Shown: in pieces, positions 26,743 through 41,588 of the stretch | Position numbering within the stretch: the stretch's first letter is position 1 | Layout: each line of letters begins with the position of its first letter | Assembly: GCA_964016885.1 (NCBI GenBank) | Contig: OZ024740.1 | Coordinates: forward strand, 392,770,001 to 392,834,000 | DNA length: 64,000 bases | Source: Eledone cirrhosa | Lineage: Eukaryota | Direction: 5' to 3' | Made by a program: the position numbers and the translations under genes | The notes under the pieces: model-generated | What the model was told of the DNA's origin: nothing | Database searches by the model: none | What the model saw: the letters and a program-made list of their open reading frames with translations, nothing else

Positions 26743-29030
26743 CCTCATAGAACTGGACATGAAAGGAATTTGCCCATTATACAGGAGCAAATCATGTAAT
26801 AGCTTAGATAGGACTAGACATAAGATAGGGAAAGCCACCTCATGGTACGACAACCAGAGATACCAGAGTGTCATGTTTGTGGACGCTACCCCTAGAGGGA
26901 AATTAGCTAACCAGTGTAGAAAGGCCCTGAGAAAGACCCACTTAAAGATTAAGGTGGTAGAAAAGCCAGGAACCACCATAAAATCCCTGATCAGCAAAAC
27001 CTACCCTTTTAAGAAAGCCCACTGTACTAATAGGAAATGTATCATATGTAAAGTAAACCCCGGATAAACTGTAAAACTAGAAACGTAGACTATAGCAAGT
27101 ACCCTCTGTACATCTTATGCTATAGACTACGTTTCTAGTTTTACAGTTTATCCGGGGGTTTACCTTACATATGATACATTTCCTATTAGTACAGTGGGTT
27201 TTCTTAAAAGGGTAGGTTTTGCTGATCAGGGATTTTATGGTGGTTCCTGGCTTTTCTACCACCTTAATCTTTAAGTGGGTCTTTCTCAGGGCCTTTCTAC
27301 ACTGGTTAGCTAATTTCCCTCCAGGGGTAACGTCCACAAACATGACACTCTGGTATCTCTGGTTGTCGTACCATGAGGTGGCTTTCCCTATCTTATGTCT
27401 AGCCCTATCTAAGCTATTCCATGATTTGCTCCTGTATAATGGGCAAATTCCTTTCCTGTCCAGTTCTATGAGGGTCTTATACTTCTCCATGGCTCCTTCG
27501 TATACTCTGACTCTGTCTCTTTGGTTGTAGCCAGAGAACTGCATGCGGTTGATGAAGTGTTGGATGTGTCTTTCCATTTCTGTTGGGTCGCACATGCGGG
27601 ACACATTCTTCATCACTCGTACCAAATCTGCGATCAGAATATTAAACTTAGCACTACTGGACATTGCCGAGTTTTTGAGTATCAGGTATTTGGAGGCCAT
27701 GGGTTTAGCATAGTGTGAGTGGAGAATTTGGGCTCTCTCGTCTATAGTGTTAATCCAGAGTTCCGTGTCTAATACAGGTAGTCTATTGTTAGGGTGTTTG
27801 GAAGGGAAGTCGATAGTTACAGTTATACTCTGGTGTATGGAATTAGCTATCTGCTGGATGCTTTCCATTGTGCTACGTTCTAAATCAAACTTGTTAGTGC
27901 TCTCTAGTGGGGATGTTCTTATAACTATATTGATATCGTCTACGTAACGAGAGTACATGATGAGGTCTATGGAGCTCTCATTAAGGAGATCTTTAAGTCT
28001 CCTTTCCCACCATACCATGAAAAGGTTGGCAATATCACCAGCTATGCTGACGCCAATGGCTGGTCCCTCATTTTGGGTGTAGATCTTCTCGTTGAACTTG
28101 AATATGTGGCCCTTTAGGGTAGTTTTAATACTAGCCCCTATTGCATGTGCGACCATTTTTCTTACCTGATCATTGTTTTGGGGGGTCCGTATAGCTTTGG
28201 TCCACCCAATCCACCTTCCCATGGGAGTCTTTTTAGCCATTGAGGTTATGGTGGGGGTTCTACCTCTTATGGGTCTACTGGGGCAGAAACGTCTAAGGTC
28301 ATGGCTGTCTAGGTAGTCAGTGTCGTAGGTAAGTCTAAGTAGGAGGCCCAGTTCGTCTGTGTCGACGTCTCAGAACTCCACCTCACTCTCAATGATCATC
28401 TCCACACATTTTTCCACAGCAAAATCAATGCTAATGGATTGGTACAGTGATACCACATCCATGCTGCCTATTATGCAGTTGGATAGGTTCCTGTTTTTGT
28501 TGCACTCACTGATTCTGCTGAGGACGTCCTCTGTACTGTCACATACATCTGGGGACATCTTGATTATGGGGCGTATAACCATTGAGAGGAAGTAGGAGAT
28601 CCTGTAGTTGCTAGCTATATTAGCTCCGCATACGGGTCTTGTTAGTGGTCCTGCTGTCGGGTCGTCGACTGTCTTGTGGTCTTTGCGGAGCCCATACAAG
28701 GGTGGTATGCCATTGTTAGACGCCTGGAAGTTGTTGCAGTGCGTCTGCTTGGCTTTAGGATGTCGGTCCACATCATCATGTGAGCATTGAGGATTTTCTC
28801 TCTCCCATCATGTGTTTGCTGTGCAATTTCGCTCGTGTTGGTGATGTGGGGTTGCATAGCCTTGATGTAGTTCGGCATGCTATCTATTGACATCCTACCA
28901 TACTTATCCGTGCGCTGCTTGAGGCTAACCAAGCCTTCTACATGTTTCCTCCCAAGTTGTTGGGCCTCTGGTCTGCTCTGTCTCTTAGTATACCGGTCTA
29001 CAATTTGTCTAATCTTATTTCTAGCTATTG
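26743..29030 (-). mobile_element. Penelope-like element, probably Naiad clade, 3'-truncated with a terminal fold-back
   Basis: LYGLRKDHK, TRPVCGA, GSMDVVSLY, insert VDTDELGLLL...CPSR...G.TPTIT, GPAIG, YVDD, LPVLD, KPMAS, C..RKCIIC, NVVYSIRC; 26743-27097 is inverted relative to 27118-27473. Confidence 0.88.
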
Positions 29031-29079
29031 TGAACTGTGCCTCTGTCTCGTCATCTATTCATCGTCATCTATTTGTTGT

Positions 29080-29165
<86 letters not shown>

Positions 29166-30979
29166 GTGTACATGTATGTACATCTCTTCAAGTGAATATC
29201 ATTAAGTATATACATGTATATCTAAATTTTGGTGGCATTTCGTACCTATATATGTTTGTACCTTATATTATTTGAAATATAATCAAATCTCTGACAATGT
29301 TATTCAAACGTGATAGAGGGTGACAGTTAATTACTTATAGTATTCAGTTACGTTCGTACTTCACTTTTCATCCTTCCTGAGATTTAATACACTACTATAT
29401 GTCTCCTTTTAACGCTCTTGCTCGCTGTCAGTGTAAGAAGTCCTTAGTATTAGTATTATAATGACTGTTACTATTCAGAGTGGTAGATTGAATAGAAATG
29501 TTAGGGAGTTTGACTGATTGTCTAAAGCAGAATATAGTTTCGTGCCTATACCTTCTGTGTTTCAATTTCTTCGTGGGACTACCTTGTTAACAACTTTCTA
29601 CCGAAGACGTGGCTTGATAAAAGAAAAAAAAAATCATTCATTGCATCCGGGCATATACTACAATAATAACAAAGACAAGAACTATAATAATGTTATCTGA
29701 CTTTATATAAAGAATATAAATTGAATCGACCCTGAAAAGATGAATGTCCAATCAGTTTCCACTTGAATTATATATGTCATGTCATTGTGGTCCGGGTAGA
29801 TCACCAGCGCCCCATACCAACGTTTTATTGATCTGCAGCAAATTGTATATGCAACTGTGTTGCACAATACAACCAAAAGCAAATTTATATTTGGTGATCC
29901 ATAAAGTTTCCTTTGTGAATTTTGTGGATCACTCTCCAAAAAATATTGTGCACCTCTGAGAAAGAAATGTTATTGATCACTGTATAATCCCAGCACCTTA
30001 TAAGAAAAAGTTATTATTTATTAAATTTGTAACGGACATTTAATACTAATCATTATTTCTAAAACAAAATAGGTTCTTCGATGTAGATTTCCTATATTGG
30101 CACACGCTTGTATATTTTTGAGATTGATCTAAAGTTAGAGAGATTTCTGTAGTTATGTCAAGGACATGACAATCTCTCTAGTGCTTTCCGCGATAACAGG
30201 CATCCAATACATTCTATAAGTGGTGATACTGATGTAACGCTTAAATGCTCCCAGTACATTCTGTAAAGTGTTTGGCATTAAGAAAAGCATTCGGTAGTAG
30301 AAACCATGCCAAGAAATGGAACGAATAAGCAGGTCGTTCCCAGACCTGTTTAATCTAGAACCGTGATGTCCAACCCATGCCAGCATGGAAACGGACGCAA
30401 AGTGATGATTATGATAATGATGCAGCAGACTTCAGTAATTTGTCGACCCTAAAATTATGGAAAATAAAGTCAACCTTTGCAGCAACTTAAAATAAACAGT
30501 AACGACACCAGGGCTACAGAACACCCACCCCGCCAGTCGTTCTAAACGATTCAATAAACAAATATATATTTTTGGAATAAAAACAATACGAAACAAAATA
30601 TAATATAATTACAACAATTCCAATTAACAACAACTAAATATAACAACGAAAAGGAACAAGTGAGAAGTTAAAACCGGAAAATGCATAAACAATGTTGAAA
30701 GTCTCTTCCACAGAAGAGTTCAATAATAAATTATGAGATATATTATATTCCACTTAATATAGCGCAGTTGTCGAACATTTCTGACATAAAAAAGTTGTAG
30801 CGCTTTATAAACATATTTAATTTCCATCCATCCATTCATTCATTCATTCATTCATTCATTCATGACTCTCAATCTGTATTGAATTCCTAAGGATTGTCAT
30901 CTTAACTGAATGGTTTTATCATTCAATAAACAATTTTCAAAATTTAGAGGAATGTCTTATATAAATTTCCTAGTTTATA

Positions 30980-31156
30980 CTAATCGCCGTTATATTCTTT
31001 CGTGCTTTCCTCTTTCGTATTTTCCTCTTTCGTATTTTCCTCATTCGTGTTTTCCTCATTTGCGTTTTCCTCATTTGCGTTTTCCTCTTTTCTTTCATCT
31101 GGGGCTAGACTTTCTTTCTCTTCTTCTAACCTTTGGTATCTTGTGAAAAATCCAAG
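30980..31156 (-). CDS. Integrin alpha terminal exon (cytoplasmic tail): LGFFTRYQRLEEEKESLAPDERKEENANEENANEENTNEENTKEENTKEESTKEYNGD*
   Basis: tacAG acceptor directly followed by xGFFxR (GFFKR variant); phase 0 after the TM exon; TAG stop. Confidence 0.88.
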   Translation of the reverse strand, partial: LGFFTRYQRLEEEKESLAPDERKEENANEENANEENTNEENTKEENTKEESTKEYNGD

Positions 31157-31754
31157 CTGTAATATGAACAAATAACGTGAATTACTTCGCTGACAACAGA
31201 AATATAGATTTCGTATATGTAAATGGAATATATGAAATGAATATGTGCCTTGTAGGCTTTTCAGTAACAGGAAACAATTTAATGCATTTCGTCACTGAAG
31301 ATAAAAATACTGGTTTCTTATGACTTAGCAAAATAACTTATGTGTTTAAGGGAAAGGAAATGAAATGTAACGTTCAATTTATTTAAAGGATACTTGTGAC
31401 GCATCCATTTTATATCTAGATATCTATCTGTATACCTACCTACAAATCTGTTTAACTACCTTCATAATGTCTACTTGCTTACCTGCTATCATATTTCTGA
31501 TAGTGTGTGAAAGCTGTATTTCCTTAACTGCTTTAGAAATTAAGATCTATCTAAAGCCAAAGAGATCTTAACCTCTCCTATCCAGCTGTCATGTCCAGCA
31601 CCTCTGGTAATGATGTTCGGGACCTAGGCAATATAATGAGCGACAGACCAACGTGGAGATCTATAATTGTGTCTATTTTGTCTAAGGCCACAGGATGATG
31701 ATGCTTACCTGCCTACGAACATACTAATGCCAGATTTAGACCTAGTATTATATA

Positions 31755-31898
31755 GTGGATTGGCAGTATCGGTAGAGGGTCGGACGCCATGCTTTCCAGC
31801 ATAGATTTACGTCCCTTTACGGTCTGAGTTCAAGTTCCGCGGAGATTAACTTTGCCTTTCAGCCCTACGGCGTCGATAAGATAAAGTACTAGTCACGC

Positions 31899-31899
<1 letters not shown>
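31755..31899 (+). mobile_element. tRNA-derived SINE, 3' part replaced by microsatellite
   Basis: gtggattggcagtatcggtagagggtcgg...gagttcaagttccgc. Confidence 0.85.
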
Positions 31900-32541
<642 letters not shown>

Positions 32542-32820
32542 TTGTGTCAGGTCACCACTTGGTGCTACTGGTAACATGTATCCCAGTACAACCTGTCTCA
32601 TGGTCGGGTCGTTGGCGACTAAACTGGCAACCCCACCAAGGTTTCTTGGTGAGGAGGGTGATTTTGGACATCCTGCAGGACTAAAAACAAAACCTGTCAA
32701 AGGGCTAAGGAGCTCTTAAGAGTCAATGGCCATCCAAAATCACCGGGAGAGATGACCCCTTAGCCTTTGTCAAGGCAGAATTCTAGGAGAAGGAAAACTC
32801 TGATATAACACCTGCAACCC
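32542..32820 (+). mobile_element. Probable LINE (RTE-like) 5' UTR fragment
   Basis: GC-richer segment starting at the edge of a microsatellite; contains ctaggagaaggaaaactctga, which I recall from RTE 5' ends. Confidence 0.4.
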
Positions 32821-33213
32821 TGATGGTATCCAATGATGTTGACTTGTTCTTCTTTTTGGTAAATATCATCTTGGTTAAGAGAGTGGGACTGGCTTTGTGC
32901 AGTGCCTTTGCTCACTATAAAAGCTTCACGGCACAGGCATTGCTTTATATCTGGAGATCTCTCTGCACTTGTCCTCACATGGTACCATGGGCCCAGCACT
33001 ATGTGTCAATAATTGTCACAAGTGTAGTGTTTGTACCAGAGTTTTCAAGTCGCTGGCTGGACTAAAAAGTCACACTCGTTCAGCGCATCGGTAGGGGTTC
33101 TCCTACATGGATATAAAGTAGTGGCCGTACTCGAAAACGAGTTGGCAGCCACCATATATACATATATACATATAAACATACATATAAACATATATATATA
33201 CATATATATATAT

Positions 33214-34180
33214 ATGAAAAAGTTTGTCCTCATCAGTGGCCTTCCAACCGCCGTAGGCATTTCGTCGCATTAAAGGCCATATACCTCAGGTTGGTGCGAG
33301 CAACGGCTAAAAAAAAGTCGTTGGGACACGTAAATAAAGGGGACGCTAGGGTAAACAAACAAAATGGTTTAAGCAGCCTAGCGTCCCCTTTATTTACGTG
33401 TCCCAACGACTTTTTTTTAGCCGTTGCTCGCACCAACCTGAGGTATATGGCCTTTAATGCGACGAAATGCCTACGACGGTTGGAAGGCCACTGATGAGGA
33501 CAAACTTTTTCATATGTAACCCATTTGCAACGCCGCAGCTCCATTATTATCATATTTACACATATATTTTTTTCCTCCGCTGCCACCAGTCTGTTACGTT
33601 CTTTGTGTCTTTACCCTTTCTAGCAGTCTCTCTCTCTCTGTTAGCCTCTTCCTCACCTTTCACTCACTCACGCTCTGTCACTACCTCTCCTCCTCCCCTT
33701 TCTTCCCGTTTGACCTGTCCGCAATCCTTTTCTCGCGGGCACTTGACCAAGCCGGTATGAATTTTTTTTCTCTCTCTCTCGTCTGCGACTTCACAGAACT
33801 TATGTTTACCGAATTCGCAGACCACACTCCTTCTTACTCCCGTTAGACCTGTGCGAAATTCCTTCCTTGCTCACATTTCAACCAGGTTTGATAGTCTTTA
33901 TTCTCTCGTACACGATTCCACCGAATTTATATTCATTAAAATCTAGGACTTGTTTCTTTCTTCATCACTTTCTGCTGCTTAAACCATTTTGTTTGTTTAC
34001 CCTAGCGTCCCCTTTATTTACGTGTCCCAACGACTTTTTTTTAGCCGTTGCTCGCACCAACCTTAGGTATATGGCCTTTAATGCGACGAAATGCCTACGA
34101 CGGTTGGAAGGCCACTGATGTGGACAAACTTTTTAATATGTAACCCATTTGCAGCGCCGCAGCTCCATTATTATCATATT

Positions 34181-34185
<5 letters not shown>
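33214..34185. repeat. Inverted plus direct repeat unit (pLTR-like arrangement)
   Basis: 33214-33349 is inverted relative to 33377-33512; 33377-33565 is directly repeated at 34001-34185; flanked by TA-type tracts. Confidence 0.8.
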
Positions 34186-36786
<2,601 letters not shown>

Positions 36787-36790
36787 TTTC

Positions 36791-37470
36791 TAACAGCAGT
36801 ACCCAGCGTTGCCTGGGTAGGCAAAATAATATTTGCTTTGATGAAAAGTTGTTGATCTTAGCGACTGCTTCTCGATGACTCATCTATGGCCACACACAGG
36901 CCATGCGGGAGAGGGTGGTGATGACCTCTATCACTGAGAAACGCGGGTGACTGACGAAGGGGCATGCTGGGGGAGGGAGTTTCGAATTTGAACGAAATCA
37001 GTTGAAAAATGTGGGAGCTAGAGCCGATAAGGCGGAAATTTGAGCGAAAAGGTGGTATTTTCGAATATTTAAGCGACTACCACGCCGTTCCTGAACAATA
37101 AATCGAAAATGTAAAGCCACTTTAAGACGTGAAATAATCAGATCTAGCGTAGTGTAAAATTTGAACAAAGTAGCTCGATTAATGTGGGAGCTAGAGCCGA
37201 AAAAGTAGAAATTTGAGTCTAAAAGTGGTATTTTTGAATATTTAAGCGGCTGCCACGCCGTCCCTGAACAACAAATGCAAAATATAAAGTCATTCCAGGA
37301 TGGAATGACTTTATATTTTGAACGAAAATTTGAACGAAATCGGTGGCAAAATGTCGGAGCTAGAGGCAAAAATCTTATTTTTCGATATCTAAAAAAAAGG
37401 TGACCCCCTATCAATTTTTATCTGCAGAATGACCCCGGAATAAAAAAAAAAACGATACGCTGATATATAG
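36791..37470 (+). mobile_element. Possible Helentron-associated (HINE-like) non-autonomous element
   Basis: Starts with taacagcagt-ACCCAGcgttgcCTGGGT hairpin; internal imperfect tandem units (gggagctagagccga x3); ends in an A-rich tract and tatatag. Confidence 0.4.
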
Positions 37471-37519
37471 AAAACACTCCCCGATGATTAATCTATGAGC
37501 CTATGGAAAGTGTTCAGCC

Positions 37520-37812
37520 GTCTCTCTATTTTTGCCGTACTCTTCCAGGTTTCACTCGCATAAAGCAATGTCGGCAGCACGATGCTCTCGCCTATCTGCT
37601 GGGTCATTTCTATGTTTAGAAATTTTTTTAATTTCTATGTTGTCTATGTTACCGTCATGTTGTTGTCTGGCGTGTTCATATAGTACTGAACCGTTTTTTC
37701 GTCCTTTTAGTTCCCCCCAGTGTTGGTCTATCCTTTCACCTATGCTACGAGCTGTCTCGCCTATGTATCTTGTTGTCCGTCAAAGGTAAACATTGAGGAC
37801 CGAATAAATTAA
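37520..37812 (-). mobile_element. GIY-YIG endonuclease fragment of a Penelope-like element
   Basis: Minus frame reads RYIGETARSIGERIDQHWGELKGRKNGSVLYEHARQQHDG. Confidence 0.8.
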
Positions 37813-37816
37813 CTGA

Positions 37817-37901
<85 letters not shown>

Positions 37902-38275
37902 ACACACACACACACACACACACATTTATATATAATTCTATATGTATACATACAAACTTTCTCGTATATTTTTGAACTCACAAACATAGGAACACTTAGT
38001 CAACGATGTCTATAATGAACACACAGAAGTACTAACATGCGCTTAAGATCGTCTTTGTTCACTTTATTTTAGTTTTCAGCTCTTTGTTTTCCTTGTTCAC
38101 ATTTCTCTGATATATTTTCTCCCATCGCTTGTTACTCTTTATTACACCAAATGCATATAACAAATGTAATAACGATAATAACGAACAAAATATAAAATTA
38201 ATTCTACACAACAAATGCATTCAAATTTATTGCCAATTTTTCATCGAATATATATTTTCTACTTAAATGGCTTAC

Positions 38276-38392
38276 CTCGTAAAGTAAAATGGAAACTAAA
38301 ACCACCAATAATATTCCTGATAAAATGCTGGCAACTGGTATCCACCATTTTAATGTTGGTTTTAATGGTCGAATGTAAATTCTGGTCTTAAT
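38276..38392 (-). CDS. Integrin alpha transmembrane exon: IKTRIYIRPLKPTLKWWIPVASILSGILLVVLVSILLYE
   Basis: WWI..SI..G.LL...L TM pattern; ttAG and GTAAG sites; 117 nt. Confidence 0.92.
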
Positions 38393-38499
38393 CTAACAAA
38401 AAAAAAAACATTATTCATTGTTTGAAAAAAACTCCAAATATATTTAGTTTAATCAGTAAAAACAACATATCAAAAATGTACTATCTTCTGATGTTTCTG

Positions 38500-39330
38500 T
38501 GCAGAGTTGCAGCACATGTTCCAAGTGATCCACATTTAAAACAATGCATGTTTTGAGGCGCATGGTGAAGTTTAACATAACGAGTTTACAAACAAACATA
38601 GTGATGGCTCTGATCTCCTCCCTCGTGTTTTCCTTTAGTTCATTGATGACCCTGGATTTGTTGACATATAACTTATCCTTCAGATAGCTTCAAAGAAAGA
38701 AATCAGGAGCGGGGAGGGGATTAAATTACGGCTGTGTGAGGCCCACTAAAAATTAGACTTCAAACTGACCAAACGATTTCCAAAGTTATTTTTCAGACAT
38801 TCTCGCGATTCAATGGAGGCGTGAGGGCGTGCTCCATTTTGTTGGAACTAGATCTTATTCATTAGAGATGTATATAGAGTTGATAGTTTCTTTTTGCATT
38901 TTTTTAGGACCTCCACCTTTGTGACCGTAGAGGTGTTACTATATTCTTCGAAGAATAGGTCTTCGAAGTATAGGTCATCTCTTAGAAATGGTAGCCCAGA
39001 CGGTGCATTTAATCGAATAGAGAAGTTTCACGGTCACTTCTGTGGGTTTCGCTCACCCCCGGAACACATTGTTCTTAGAGTTGATCTACCCCACTGAATG
39101 AAAGTGAGCTTCATCAAAGGTCTACAGTAGATTCAGAAAATTTGGGTTGTTTACCATCTCCAACATTTTCTCATCCATAGATTTCTCTTGATCTTATCCG
39201 CTACAGTAAACTTTTGTTTAGTCTGTATTCTATAGAGATAATTCTGAAGACCCTCTTTCACAATTCTTCTGCACATTTCTGTAGAGACACCCAAGAATTG
39301 GCTTCTTTTGCACGGCGATCGTTTTGTCTA
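38500..39330 (-). mobile_element. Decayed Tc1/mariner-superfamily transposase
   Basis: Minus strand DEAHFH, FQQNGARPH, DFFL*SYLKDKLY...ELKE...EI, HLEH motifs; many disablements. Confidence 0.75.
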
Positions 39331-40203
39331 CCTAAAAGAGTGACGATGCATATAATATCTAGATTAAAAGCTATTTGAGGTAGCCTCGATATATACCGTG
39401 TTATTAGTATGTGTAGATATATCACATCATTGATAAACTATATTTTCATTTAGAAAATTGCCGTTAATGAGGCAGATCAAAGGGTTTCTACACTTACAAT
39501 TTCTGTTAGATATTAGGTTATTATTAGGGTTAGAACCTTGCGATGGATTGTTGTGCGGAAGTTACGATTATTGCGTAATTTTGAGCACTCTGATCAAAGC
39601 CAGCCTGGTTGGAAGAGAGTCTAGAGATGCAGTTAGATACATTGCTAACAATAGAGTTTAGTTTTGATCTTGGATGGCTGGACTGTTAATAACTTCCACA
39701 CAATGATCCATCTCCGGGCTAATGTTCCTTATTCAACGCTTTTATAAGACAATAGAGCGTTATATTGGGTATTTGGGATTTGGTTGCAATTTCTAGCATG
39801 TTCAGAAGCTAAATAAATGTTCCATTATTAGCTCCTATAAATAGGTGATTTTTATACGTATACAATATCATTACCACCAACGAGAAGAGAGTATATCGTT
39901 AATATGCATTTCGGTAAGTGTTTCAAGCTCTCATTTGAACCCCAAATCACAGATGTTTCCAGAAGCTCTGTCTCGTTACGACACAATTAACTATGTAAAG
40001 TTGGTATTCTTTTTACTTAACATTTAGCTGTAGAATTAAATTTAATAACATCACATTATGGGCAAAACCAATAATCATATAACTTTAAAAATTTGATTTA
40101 TAAAATCAGGCATTTTGTTCTGACCTAACGAACATTTTATAATATAATAAAATAATTGATTTTTCATCCAGAAATCAGAGTTATCAGGATTAATGAAACT
40201 TAC

Positions 40204-40296
40204 GGTTGCTTTACTAGCTGGTAACTTGATGATGTAATCTTTAGCTTCTTGATTCAATATCCCTGTAGTTGATATGTAGATATTCTGCCTTTGCCC
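40204..40296 (-). CDS. Integrin alpha exon (calf-2 end): GQRQNIYISTTGILNQEAKDYIIKLPASKAT
   Basis: tttcAG and GTAAGT; 93 nt, phase 0-0. Confidence 0.78.
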
Positions 40297-40495
40297 CTGA
40301 AAAACAAACAAAATCTATTCAGAACATATATTGAACAACTGAGAACCATTTAAATCACTGTAGAACTCAGTGTATCCTTAGAATTATAGTAATTTCTACA
40401 TCAACACTTTTTAAAAAAACATCTAAGATTCTTTATGATGTAAATTAGGCTATAGATGTGTTATATAATAATTAATTTGAAATTCTCTACATTTG

Positions 40496-40537
<42 letters not shown>

Positions 40538-40643
40538 ACACAAACACACACACACATATGTATAAGTAAAAGAGCGATAACTTTTTAAATCTGGTACAAT
40601 GTGATACAAAACAAAACTAAGTAATGTTTTACCCAGTCTATGT

Positions 40644-40928
40644 GTATTTTAGCATGATGTATCAGGACTATTACCCTCTTTTCAGATGGGAAGCTAACGA
40701 GCGATCAGAGTTTTCACAACCTAACTAGTCTGTGTGTTTGCAACACGCATGCGGATGTGCGAGGTCGCTCCAGTTACTTTATCGATACCGCGCATGCGCA
40801 TTCGTTTTGCAAACACATAGACCTGTTTAGAGAAGAAAACTCTGTTCTCATGTTTGTTTTGTCTTGGACTGTTTCAGCTTCGCATCTGAAAAGCGGGTAA
40901 TAGCCCTGGTACATCATGCTAAAATACA
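40644..40928. mobile_element. MITE-like element with long imperfect terminal inverted repeats
   Basis: tgtattttagcatgatgtatcaggactattaccctcttttcagatg pairs with catctgaaaagcgggtaatagccctggtacatcatgctaaaataca; further internal arms. Confidence 0.75.
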
Positions 40929-41126
40929 ATGGCTAAAATGTTACTTTGTTTTATTTCCTTTGTCATCACTTGTTCTTCATATCTTTCTACCGCATTACAC
41001 AGGCTTAAAAAAGATATCCGTCTTTTATTACATATCTCAATGATTCGAACTAATCACTACTTTCTCTCTCCCTATAATTATATATATATATATAAGAGAG
41101 TGTTGAAGTTTGCTATATATATATAC

Positions 41127-41214
<88 letters not shown>

Positions 41215-41398
41215 AAATGTGTGTAATCCTTGGTACAGTTAGGTATATTAAGACAGGGGGGAAGAAAAAAATGGCTTCACTTGTGCTTTCAACAAATTTA
41301 TTTTCTTCACAAAATCCCAAAAGAATTTTTTCCGGATTAGAAAAAAAAAAAAAAAAAAATTTTATAAATTAAGTCGTTGGTTATATATATATGATGTA

Positions 41399-41588
41399 TG
41401 TATAGTATATTTGGTAATATACTGTATGTTTAGTTAAAACATTTTGAAGACCATTCGCAATGAGTTTCAAAATAGTGACTATGTCACTTACTTATTCTCG
41501 GCAAAAAGCCACTACTTTAAAACTCATAGCGAAAAGTCTTCAAACTATTTTTAACTAAACATACAGTATATTGCGAAATAACTATACA
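41399..41588. mobile_element. Small MITE-like hairpin element
   Basis: aatatactgtatgtttagttaaaa...ttgaagac pairs with gtcttcaaa...ttttaactaaacatacagtatatt; a similar terminus occurs at about 20980-21013. Confidence 0.7.
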
